64,000 nucleotides of DNA, from NCBI GenBank assembly GCA_963754195.1, contig CAVWFD010000010.1:47116-111115 (forward strand). The letters run 5' to 3'. The notes below the pieces were generated by a model. That model saw only the letters and a program-made list of their open reading frames with translations, did not search any database and was not told the origin of the DNA. The number at the start of each line of letters is the position of its first letter. Positions within the stretch are counted from its first letter, which is position 1. Below are positions 28,295-36,820 of this stretch, one piece after another. The DNA comes from an uncultured Chloroflexia bacterium (GTDB lineage Bacteria; Chloroflexota; Dehalococcoidia; Dehalococcoidales; Fen-1064). The translations under genes were made by a program, and so were the position numbers.

Positions 28295-28591
28295 ATGAAG
28301 ATCCAAAAATTTTATTACGTCTATATCTTAGCCAGTAAACCGAACGGCACTCTTTACATTGGAATGACTGACGACCTGATAAGACGTGTTCAAGAACACA
28401 AACAAGGGCTTATCAAAGGTTTTACCAAAACATATGGGGTCAAAACGTTAGTTTACTTCGAACAAACCGAATTGGTACTCTCCGCAATAGAGAGAGAAAA
28501 ATAACTGAAAAGATGGAAAAGAGCCTGGAAAATTAGATTAATCAAAAGTATGAACCCTGAATGGAAAGACCTGTATAAAGAATCGGTTTAG
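28295..28591 (+). pseudogene. GIY-YIG nuclease family protein with in-frame TAA
   Basis: YYVYILASKPNGTLYIGMTDDL is the GIY-YIG motif. The stop at 28502-28504 is followed in frame by LKRWKRAWKIRLIKSMNPEWKDLY, the conserved family C-terminus. Confidence 0.75.
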
Positions 28592-28594
28592 GAA

Positions 28595-28622
28595 TGGATT
28601 CCTGCCTGCGCAGGAATGACAA
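28595..28622 (-). repeat. hairpin repeat copy 4 (inverted orientation)
   Basis: The reverse complement reads TTGTCATTCCTGCGCAGGCAGGAATCCA. Confidence 0.85.
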
Positions 28623-29179
28623 TACGGGGAATAATGATTTTTTATGATCGGTTTAAAAAAGGTACAGTCAAGCTTTCGCCTTATTCTGCTGAATGGGTTA
28701 TTTACTTCGAAAAGGAAAAAATCCTTTTACAAAAAGCTCTCGGCACTTTGGCTCTTGAGATCCAACACATCGGCAGCACCGCTATTCCTGACATGCCTTC
28801 CAAACCAATTATTGATATCGTGGTTGGAATCAAAACTGTTAATGATTTTGGGGAATGTATCAAACTATTACAGAATGTTGGCTATCTCCTGAGGGAGAAT
28901 GCCAGCGATTGTAGAGAATTATGCTTCGCTAAGGGGTCGGAACAGAAAAGAACCTATTATTTACACTTGGTGAAATATCACAGCGAAATCCGGAAGAATT
29001 ACTTGGCGTTTCGTGATTACTTGAGAACAAACAGGAAATCTGCGCAGCAATATGCTTTTCTAAAACAAAGATTATCTGCCAATTTTGCAGATAATCGGGT
29101 GAAGTATACCGCAGGTAAGGCTAATTTTATCCGTAAGACGATCAAGACCGCCAGAAACATATCTCTTTCCATGTCATAA
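28616..29179 (+). CDS. GrpB family protein
   Basis: VKLSPYSAEW...IQHIGSTAIPDMPSKPIIDIVVG is the UPF0157/GrpB pattern. The start could be ATG 28634. Confidence 0.8.
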   Translation: MTIRGIMIFYDRFKKGTVKLSPYSAEWVIYFEKEKILLQKALGTLALEIQHIGSTAIPDMPSKPIIDIVVGIKTVNDFGECIKLLQNVGYLLRENASDCRELCFAKGSEQKRTYYLHLVKYHSEIRKNYLAFRDYLRTNRKSAQQYAFLKQRLSANFADNRVKYTAGKANFIRKTIKTARNISLSMS

Positions 29180-29236
29180 CTGTTAGAATAAAAAGTACCT
29201 CTCTCTTTTCCTTATAAATGTCTTTGGAGCAAAGCA

Positions 29237-30484
29237 GTGCCTAATTATCATATCTGGACGATCGGGTGTCAGATGAACAAGGCGGAATCGGAACGGCTGG
29301 CCAGCCTTTTCGAGGAGACCGGTTATCAGGCTGTCAATGACGTTGCTGAAGCCGACCTTATTGTGGTTAATACCTGTGTTGTCCGTCAGAATGCAGAGGA
29401 ACGCGCCATCAATAAGCTCGCTAATTTCAAACCATTGAAAAAAGCCCGCCCCGATTTGATACTGGCGGTAACCGGTTGCTGGGTCGATTCCAATGTCGAA
29501 CGCCTCAAATCCGAGTTCCCCTATGTTGATTATTTTTTCAAGGCCGGCGATTGTCCGCCTTGGGTAGATAAAATACAATGGTCTGCCGCTTTGCCGAAAC
29601 AACCTCAACCGACCACATATGTACCCATTATTCAAGGATGTAATAATTTCTGCGCTTATTGTGTAGTACCTTACCGCCGTGGTAGAGAAAAAAGCCGTGC
29701 TTTTTCGGAAATTACATGTGAGGTAAAAGAGCTGGTAAAACGAGGCACAAAAGAAGTCACCTTACTGGGACAGAATGTCGATTCTTATGGACATGATTTA
29801 CCGGGAAAACCGGAATTGGCCGACCTTCTCACCGAATTGAACAACATCGAGGGTCTTTACCGTATCCGTTTTCTAACAAACCATCCCAAGGATATGAGCC
29901 GCCGCCTTATAAAAACAGTGGCGCGGTTAGAAATAGTTTGTAAAAATATCACTCTGCCCGCTCAAGCCGGAAGTGATGAAATCCTGAAAGCGATGCGCCG
30001 GGGCTACACTATAGAAGACTATCGCCGTCTGGTAAATGAGATACGCAGTGAAATTCCGGATGTCGGCCTGGTCAGTGATATTATTGTCGGCTTCCCCACG
30101 GAAACAGAAGCCCAATTCCAGCAAACTGTGAACCTGCTGAGTGAAGTCAGGTTCGATACTGTTCATCTTGCCGCTTATTCCCCCCGCCCTGGCACCATTG
30201 CCGCTCGAGAGCTTACGGATGATATTTCCGCCGATGAAAAAAAGAGGCGGCTGGTGATTGTCGAAAAACTTCAGGAAGATATTGGCACGGAGATAAATGC
30301 AAAGTTAAAGGGTAAAATCGTCGAAATACTGGTAGAAGGCAAGCAAAAAGGCAAGTGGTACGGTCGTACAGACACGGATAAGCTGATCTTTTTCAGCAAT
30401 GATGCAAATTACATGGGAAAACTGGTAAACTTAAAGATAGTGCTTGCCAGTCCCTGGTCGTTACAGGGCACAACTAATTACTAA
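29237..30484 (+). CDS. miaB: tRNA (N6-isopentenyl adenosine(37)-C2)-methylthiotransferase MiaB
   Basis: N-terminal CQMN Cys, radical-SAM CNNFCAYC and a C-terminal TRAM domain. GTG start. Confidence 0.9.
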   Translation: MPNYHIWTIGCQMNKAESERLASLFEETGYQAVNDVAEADLIVVNTCVVRQNAEERAINKLANFKPLKKARPDLILAVTGCWVDSNVERLKSEFPYVDYFFKAGDCPPWVDKIQWSAALPKQPQPTTYVPIIQGCNNFCAYCVVPYRRGREKSRAFSEITCEVKELVKRGTKEVTLLGQNVDSYGHDLPGKPELADLLTELNNIEGLYRIRFLTNHPKDMSRRLIKTVARLEIVCKNITLPAQAGSDEILKAMRRGYTIEDYRRLVNEIRSEIPDVGLVSDIIVGFPTETEAQFQQTVNLLSEVRFDTVHLAAYSPRPGTIAARELTDDISADEKKRRLVIVEKLQEDIGTEINAKLKGKIVEILVEGKQKGKWYGRTDTDKLIFFSNDANYMGKLVNLKIVLASPWSLQGTTNY

Positions 30485-30499
30485 ATAAGGAGACGTAAT

Positions 30500-30910
30500 T
30501 TGCGAAAGACTAAAATTCTAAGTTTAGGGATAATATTGGTGTTACTGGTACTAGTCGCATCTTTAGGCGGCTGTGTAGCTCCGGCAACAACTACCGGCGC
30601 AAGCGGAACTACATCCACCACTTCGAGCTCATCCAGTATTTGGTTCATGCTGGGTTTCATCGTGATTCTCTTCGGTTTGATGTATTTCTTCACGATTCGT
30701 CCTCAGCGTAAAAAACAGCAAGAAGCACAGAAAATGCTGCAGGCATTACAGAGAGGCGATAGAGTTATCACTAATGCGGGCATCTACGGCCAGATTGAGA
30801 GCGTTTACGAGGATAGTTTCCTTATCAAGACTGATTCCGGATCGACCATGAGAGTTGCTAAATGGGCAGTCGTCGGAAAACAACCGGATGAAACCCCCAG
30901 AGCTAATTAA
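30500..30910 (+). CDS. yajC: preprotein translocase subunit YajC
   Basis: FFTIRPQRKKQQE...LQRGDRVITNAGIYG motif. TTG start 7 nt after AAGGAG. The Thr/Ser-rich N-terminal extension is unusual. Confidence 0.85.
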   Translation: MRKTKILSLGIILVLLVLVASLGGCVAPATTTGASGTTSTTSSSSSIWFMLGFIVILFGLMYFFTIRPQRKKQQEAQKMLQALQRGDRVITNAGIYGQIESVYEDSFLIKTDSGSTMRVAKWAVVGKQPDETPRAN

Positions 30911-30969
30911 TTCGTCGATTCAGTTCACTTGCCACAAATTAATTTAAGTAGAAAATTAAGACTTATCTG

Positions 30970-32526
30970 GTGAGGAGTGTTACCGGTGTGAGTTATTATG
31001 ACTACATTTTAGTAGGTAGTGGCATTGCCGGACTTTACACTGCCCTGCTGGCAAAAGAGCAGGGCAGTGTGCTTATTATCACCAAAAGCGGCATCGAAGA
31101 ATGTAATACCAGACATGCCCAGGGTGGTATTGCCGCTCCCATTGGTACTAATGATTCTCCTGAGTTGCATATCAAGGACACACTGGCCGCTGGAAAAGGT
31201 CTATGTGATGAAGAAGCGGTCCGTATTTTAGCGACCGAAGCCCCCGACCGCATTGCCGACCTGGTGAAATTCGGCGTTCCCTTCGATACATTAGAGGGTA
31301 AAATCGCTCTAACCATGGAAGCAGCGCACAGCGTCCCGAGGATTCTGCACGCCGGCGGAGATGCCACCGGGGAACACATCGAAGTAACTCTCAGTAAACG
31401 CGTCCGGGCATCCCACATCAGGGTGATGGAAAATTATCTGGCAATCGAAATTTTACAGGAAAAGGGACGGGCCAAGGGAGTCAAGGCACAAAATTGCCGT
31501 ACCGGCGCTTTCGAGGAATTTAAGTGTAAATGGCTGATTCTGGCTACCGGCGGCGCCGGACAGTTATACAAATTCAACACTAATTCGGAAATCGCCACCG
31601 GCGACGGTATTGCGCTGGCTTTTAAAGCCGGGGCTGAGGTTGCCGATATGGAATTTTTCCAGTTTCATCCCACAGCACTGCACCTGTCGGGAGTACCGAC
31701 TTTCCTGATATCGGAAGCGGTGCGTGGCGAAGGCGGGATACTACGCAACATTCACGGTTATCGGTTTATGCCTGATTACGCTCCGGAAAAAGAATTGGCG
31801 CCGCGAGACATCGTAGCACGCAGTATTGTCTACGAAATGAAAAAAACCGGCGCTGAAAATGTTTTTATCGATGTTACTCATCTACCCCGTAACCTGGTCA
31901 CGACTCGTTTTCCGAATATTTACCAGTTCTGCCTTGATTACGGATTGGATATTACCAAAGAAATGGTACCCGTTGCTCCCGCGGCTCATTACATGATGGG
32001 CGGCGTCAAGGTCAACTCCTGGGGTGAAACCAATATTCCCGGACTGTTCGCAGCCGGTGAGACAGCCTGTACCGGCGTTCACGGTGCTAATCGGCTTGCC
32101 TCGAATTCAATGCTGGAAGTTTTGGTATTTAGTAAACGGATTATGGATAGAACCCGAAATGGGACGAATCCGGTAACTCTGGAAAAGAAGAACACAACCG
32201 ACGAACATCGTTTGTTAAGCGTGCGAAAATCACGGAAAAAGATGCCTGAAATCAATATGTCTAATCTGAAAAATCTGATGTGGGAGAAAGTTGGTATTAT
32301 CCGCAGTAAAGAAAGCCTGACCGAAGCGGTCAATATTCTCAGCGCCTGGCAAAAAGGGTTGCCGCTGACCGAACGGGTCTCCTATGAATTGAGCAATATG
32401 ATACTGACCGGACACCTGATTACGGAAGCGGCGCTGGTTAGAGAAGAAAGCAGAGGCGCACACTTCCGCACGGATTTTCCTGACACTTTACCTGCTTGGC
32501 AGCATCATCTTATTTTTACGAAATAG
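30970..32526 (+). CDS. nadB: L-aspartate oxidase
   Basis: DYILVGSGIAGLYTAL, HAQGGIAAP and RGEGG motifs, 518 aa. The start codon is uncertain (GTG 30970 or 30988). Confidence 0.9.
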   Translation: MRSVTGVSYYDYILVGSGIAGLYTALLAKEQGSVLIITKSGIEECNTRHAQGGIAAPIGTNDSPELHIKDTLAAGKGLCDEEAVRILATEAPDRIADLVKFGVPFDTLEGKIALTMEAAHSVPRILHAGGDATGEHIEVTLSKRVRASHIRVMENYLAIEILQEKGRAKGVKAQNCRTGAFEEFKCKWLILATGGAGQLYKFNTNSEIATGDGIALAFKAGAEVADMEFFQFHPTALHLSGVPTFLISEAVRGEGGILRNIHGYRFMPDYAPEKELAPRDIVARSIVYEMKKTGAENVFIDVTHLPRNLVTTRFPNIYQFCLDYGLDITKEMVPVAPAAHYMMGGVKVNSWGETNIPGLFAAGETACTGVHGANRLASNSMLEVLVFSKRIMDRTRNGTNPVTLEKKNTTDEHRLLSVRKSRKKMPEINMSNLKNLMWEKVGIIRSKESLTEAVNILSAWQKGLPLTERVSYELSNMILTGHLITEAALVREESRGAHFRTDFPDTLPAWQHHLIFTK

Positions 32527-32600
32527 TCAGTTATCTCTGTTGACATTCCCAAACAAACTGTTTGTTACAGATATACGGATTTGCTATACTATATGGTTGT

Positions 32601-32676
32601 GCCCCCATCGTCTAGAGGCCTAGGACAACAGCCTTTCACGCTGTCAACACGGGTTCGAATCCCATTGGGGGTACCA
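32601..32676 (+). tRNA. tRNA-Glu (TTC)
   Basis: GCCCCCATCGTCTAGAGGCC..., anticodon loop CTTTCAC, GGTTCGAATCC T-arm, encoded CCA. Confidence 0.9.
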
Positions 32677-32879
32677 ATTTCTACCAGCAATCAAACAATA
32701 CCCGCTTAACAATGCACCAACTTTGTAATAATTATTACATCCTATACGAACGAAGTTAATTTCTAAATTTTTTTATTTTTTATTAAGGCGGTTATTTGCG
32801 GATTGCATATTTTAATTCGCGGCCAGTGAAGATATAATAAATCCCCTTTTAGTCATGTAGAGGCTGTCTCATTTTAAAA

Positions 32880-32944
32880 TTGACGCACTGGTTTTATTAA
32901 TATAGAATATGTGGTTGACGCACTTATTTATATTAATATAGAAT
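32880..32944 (+). promoter_or_regulatory. tandemly duplicated sigma70-like promoter (TTGACG-17/18-TAGAAT, twice)
   Basis: Unit 1 has TTGACG at 32880-32885 and TAGAAT at 32903-32908. Unit 2 has TTGACG at 32915-32920 and TAGAAT at 32939-32944. The units are about 35 bp and roughly 85% identical. Confidence 0.5.
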
Positions 32945-32963
32945 GTGGAAGGAGGCTAGGAGA

Positions 32964-33176
32964 ATGACGGAAAAAATTCTTTGCGGTAAATGTAACATGT
33001 TGCTCTATTTCGGGGAGGAGATAAACAGGCGTCTCTACATGCGGGCAATCCCATCGGAAGAGACCGTTCTGGGTTACTACAAAAACACCTGCCCCAAATG
33101 CGGCAACAAGCTCTCATTAAGCACGGTGAAAATTGAAACCAAAGGGAGGAAAACATGGCATACACCCCAAAAGTAG
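32964..33176 (+). CDS. small zinc-ribbon protein (CxxC...CxxC), first ORF of the sugar-phosphate operon
   Basis: ATG follows GGAGG. CGKC and CPKC pairs. Overlaps the transketolase start by 22 nt. Confidence 0.5.
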   Translation: MTEKILCGKCNMLLYFGEEINRRLYMRAIPSEETVLGYYKNTCPKCGNKLSLSTVKIETKGRKTWHTPQK

Positions 33177-34060
33177 CGCAAGAACTTGCAGAAAAGACTA
33201 ATGTAGTTCGGAACAACATCTTCAGAATATTCAAATCAAACAACATGGGACATGCCGGCGGGACGATGTCTCTGCTTGAAATTGTGACTGCTCTTTACTT
33301 CCATCATCTCAAACTTGATCCTAAAAATTGTGATTGGCCGGAAAGAGACCGCGTTGTACTCTCCAAGGCACATGCTGCCGAGGCAATTTATGCGGTGTTA
33401 ACGGAAATTGGTTTCGTCGATGAAAGCATGCTCGATAAGTACTACCATTTCGGCTCTCAATTCCAGGGCCATGCCGACCGGTGGTGTACTCCCGGTATCG
33501 ATTACTCAGGCGGTTCCCTCGGACAAGGCCTTTCATTCTCTGCAGGAATGGCAATCGCTGAAAAAATCAAAACAGCCGTCAAACCGCCTGCACTTTGTTT
33601 AGGACCTGCCAATTTCCCCAGATTACAAATGAAATATAACCCCACATATCGCGTTTTTTGTATTGTTGGGGATGGTGAGCTTGCTGAAGGCAACAACTGG
33701 GAAGCCGCGATGTTTGCCGGCAAGTATAAATTAGATAATTTAATCTGTATTGTTGATTATAATAAATTCTGCATCGACGGACCTACCGAAAATATCATGC
33801 CCTTGTTCCCTCTCGATAAAAAATTCGAATCATTCGGGTGGTGGGTCAAAGAGATTGACGGCCACAATATGCGAGAAATTGTTGAAACACTGGAACTGGC
33901 CAATAGTCTTTACGGCGATGGTAGACCAAAGTGTATTATTGCCAATACGGTCAAGGGCCATGGAGTCCCGTCATGGGAAGATGCGCATGTGCATTATGGC
34001 AGAGGCGATGGCATGACTGTCGGACTTAAAGAAGGGGGAAAGCTATATGGCAAAATTTAA
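33155..34060 (+). CDS. transketolase, N-terminal (TPP-binding) subunit
   Basis: GHAGGTMS and GDGELAEGNNWEA motifs. RBS GGGAGG. Confidence 0.9.
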   Translation: MAYTPKVAQELAEKTNVVRNNIFRIFKSNNMGHAGGTMSLLEIVTALYFHHLKLDPKNCDWPERDRVVLSKAHAAEAIYAVLTEIGFVDESMLDKYYHFGSQFQGHADRWCTPGIDYSGGSLGQGLSFSAGMAIAEKIKTAVKPPALCLGPANFPRLQMKYNPTYRVFCIVGDGELAEGNNWEAAMFAGKYKLDNLICIVDYNKFCIDGPTENIMPLFPLDKKFESFGWWVKEIDGHNMREIVETLELANSLYGDGRPKCIIANTVKGHGVPSWEDAHVHYGRGDGMTVGLKEGGKLYGKI

Positions 34061-35033
34061 TAAATACATACAAATCGGCAAGCCCAGTGCCAACATGCCT
34101 GCTGATGAAGCAGCCATGGTCAAAGTCCTCGAGAAATACCCCGATGTCGTGGGTGTTCTCGAAGATGTAGGCTTACCGGGGTTGGATTGGTTAATGAAAA
34201 ATGCTCCGGAGCGCATCGTAGAATGCGGCATCGCAGAAGCCAATGCTGCAGTTATCGCCGGTGCCCTGGCTGCTGAAGGGTTCCGCCCCTTTGTAATGGG
34301 TTTTATCTTTTCAGGAGTTGGCCGGGCTTACAACCAGATCAGACAAAGCATCCTGGTAGACCATTTCAACGTCAAGTTATTATGCCGCGATTTCTGGGGT
34401 GAAATGGGTGTTTCCCATTTAGCAGTTGAAGGAATCGCCTCCCTGCGCGCGTTACCCAATCTTGTGGTCATCAATGCAGCAGATTTCGTCGAGACCGAGA
34501 AAGCATTCTTGGCGATGGCAGACTATATCGGACCGGTATTTTTCAAAATGGAAGGCCAGCCTTCGTTGAGAATATACACTGAAGACTATCCTTTTGAACT
34601 CGGTAAAGCTTATACGATCAAGGACGGCAAAGATGCCACCATTATCGCCACCGGGTATATGGTAACCCAAGCGATTAGGGCTATTGATATCCTGGAAAAA
34701 GAAGGACTTGATGTCGGCATTATCGATATGAGCACATTGAAGCCTTTGGACGAAGAGGCAATTATCAAAGCTGCTGAACAGACTCGGGCGATTGTTACCG
34801 CTGAAGTCAGTTCGGTTATCGGCGGCCTTGGGGAAGGTGTTGCTGCTGTCTTAGCGGAAAATGCACCGGCAGCTCTGGTGAGAGTCGGTATCGAAGACGA
34901 GTTCGGGCAGTCAGCTTTAACCGGATCAGAGCCCGATGGTCTTCAGATCCTTTTCGGAATGCGTCCGGAGGACATCGTCGTAGCTGTCAAAGAAAGTATT
35001 GCCAAGAGAGACAAATTCAAGCTTAAAAAGTAA
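34047..35033 (+). CDS. transketolase, C-terminal (pyrimidine-binding) subunit
   Basis: ECGIAEANAAVIAGALAAEG motif. Overlaps the N-terminal subunit gene by 14 nt. Confidence 0.9.
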   Translation: MAKFNKYIQIGKPSANMPADEAAMVKVLEKYPDVVGVLEDVGLPGLDWLMKNAPERIVECGIAEANAAVIAGALAAEGFRPFVMGFIFSGVGRAYNQIRQSILVDHFNVKLLCRDFWGEMGVSHLAVEGIASLRALPNLVVINAADFVETEKAFLAMADYIGPVFFKMEGQPSLRIYTEDYPFELGKAYTIKDGKDATIIATGYMVTQAIRAIDILEKEGLDVGIIDMSTLKPLDEEAIIKAAEQTRAIVTAEVSSVIGGLGEGVAAVLAENAPAALVRVGIEDEFGQSALTGSEPDGLQILFGMRPEDIVVAVKESIAKRDKFKLKK

Positions 35034-35079
35034 TAATTAATGCTAGTATCCTAAAAATATAATAAAGGAAGGAGAATAA

Positions 35080-35601
35080 ATGCCCAAGAAAGTAGCTGTT
35101 GCGCCAAAGAAAAAGAGCGGCAAGAAAGACACAATAGTATTGGGTGCCGATCCCATGGGAGCAGTTCTGAAGAATTCAGTTAAAAAGCATTTGCTGGACG
35201 AAGGGTATAAAGTCATCGATTACGGTACGGATAAACCCGAAAACTTTGTGACCTACTTCGGCATTTCATCGAAAACTGCAAAAGCTGTACAAAAAGGATT
35301 GGCGGGTAAAGGGATTGTATTCTGCGGCACCGGTATGGGTGTTTCAATTACAGCGAATAAATTTAAGGGTATTTATTGCGGGTTAATTGAATCGGAATTC
35401 ACCGCCAATGAGTGTAAAGTTATCAACAATTGCAACATGTTGGCCATGGGTTCGAGAGTTATTTCTGAAGCTAGAGCTAATATGGCAGTTGATAATTGGC
35501 TCAATCGAAAATTCAACGAGGGCACTCCTAAACCTTACATCAAACTGGTTGCCGACGCCATTAAAGAAATCGCAAAGATCGAAGACGCCAACTTTAAATA
35601 A
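35080..35601 (+). CDS. rpiB: ribose 5-phosphate isomerase B
   Basis: CGTGMGVSITANKFKGI is the RpiB/LacAB motif. Lys-rich N-terminal tail of about 17 aa. Confidence 0.85.
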   Translation: MPKKVAVAPKKKSGKKDTIVLGADPMGAVLKNSVKKHLLDEGYKVIDYGTDKPENFVTYFGISSKTAKAVQKGLAGKGIVFCGTGMGVSITANKFKGIYCGLIESEFTANECKVINNCNMLAMGSRVISEARANMAVDNWLNRKFNEGTPKPYIKLVADAIKEIAKIEDANFK

Positions 35602-35704
35602 CAGTTGAATCAGCATAATATTTTAATACTTAAACTCAAACTATCGGCTTAAGGCCGATAGTTTGAGTTGGTAAATATAATCATCAGGGAAATGGAGTTT
35701 TAAC

Positions 35705-36811
35705 ATGCCAAGAAAAACCAAGATAGGTATTCTTACCGGCGGCGGAGACTGCGCAGGTTTGAATGCTGCTGTAAAATGGGTTACTAAAACTGCTCTGGAC
35801 AGACAATTAGAGCAAGAACGTGAATGTCAATTTGAAGTACTGGGGATTAGAGACGGCTGGAAAGGTTTATCCTTCACCACCAAAGAAGAACTCGAAGGCG
35901 GTGTGATGACTCTGACCGAAAATACGGTCAGAACCTGGGATCGGTTCGGCGGAACTTATCTGGGGACTTCACGCTTCAATCCCTATAATTCCAAAAATAA
36001 TACTTCTAAAACAACTCTGGCTAACATTGAAAAGCTGGGTATCGATGTATTAGTCGCCATCGGGGGAGACGACACCCTCAGTGTAGCCGCCAAATTGCAC
36101 AAAGACGGCGTTCCGGTAGTGGGTATTCCTAAAACTATCGATCGAGACCTGCCGGGAACCGATTATACATTAGGATTTGAGACATCTCTGGAAGTAATCA
36201 CCGATATTGTAGACAAGTTAAGAACAACCGCCAGTTCCCATAGCAGAGTATTTGTAATCGAGACTATGGGCAGAAATGCCGGTTGGTTAGCGCTGAAATC
36301 TGGTGAATCCGCTGGCGCTTATATAATTTTGATTCCTGAATATGATTTCGATATGAATCGAGTCAACGAATTAATCATGGAAGGCAGAAGAAACGGCGCC
36401 AGATACGATATTGTGATGGTATCCGAAGGAGCTAAAGTCAAAGGCGGCACCCTGGTAGCCAGAGACAAGAAATACGATGCCTTCGGACATGAGACACTCG
36501 GTGGTATCGGCGAGTATGTAGCCGCTGAAATTACCAGGGGTACTAACATCGAGACCCGTTGCGTGGTCCTCAGTCATATTCAACGTGGCGGCGCGCCTTG
36601 CGCTTATGATCGGCGTATGGGCAGATATTTCGGTATCGCCGCGGTAAATCTGATTAATAAGAAAGATTTCGGAAAACTGGTTTGCTACAAGCATGGCGAG
36701 ATCAGTTCAGTTCCCATCGTCGATGTTTTAGGTCATCTTAACCTCGTAGATGTAAAAACGATGTACGACATCGTCAGGTATAACGGCAGCCGGAACATAC
36801 TGAGTGATTAG
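35705..36811 (+). CDS. pfk: 6-phosphofructokinase (residue signature of PPi-dependent type)
   Basis: GGGDCAGLNA, GGDDT, PKTIDRDL and MGRNAGW motifs. Confidence 0.85.
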   Translation: MPRKTKIGILTGGGDCAGLNAAVKWVTKTALDRQLEQERECQFEVLGIRDGWKGLSFTTKEELEGGVMTLTENTVRTWDRFGGTYLGTSRFNPYNSKNNTSKTTLANIEKLGIDVLVAIGGDDTLSVAAKLHKDGVPVVGIPKTIDRDLPGTDYTLGFETSLEVITDIVDKLRTTASSHSRVFVIETMGRNAGWLALKSGESAGAYIILIPEYDFDMNRVNELIMEGRRNGARYDIVMVSEGAKVKGGTLVARDKKYDAFGHETLGGIGEYVAAEITRGTNIETRCVVLSHIQRGGAPCAYDRRMGRYFGIAAVNLINKKDFGKLVCYKHGEISSVPIVDVLGHLNLVDVKTMYDIVRYNGSRNILSD

Positions 36812-36820
36812 GAGAAAAAT

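Noticed and set aside
27993-28338. ORFs of 99 and 67 aa covering tRNA-Ser and the hairpin repeats.
   Set aside because: They are translations of a tRNA gene and palindromic repeats (VIPTKAGIH and SFLRRQES peptides), which is a classic annotation artefact.
28096-28622. Possible CRISPR array suggested by recurring ~28-nt palindromic repeats.
   Set aside because: Spacing is irregular (about 39, 91 and 369 bp). One copy is inverted, the copies are imperfect, and a gene sits between them. No cas genes are present in the window.
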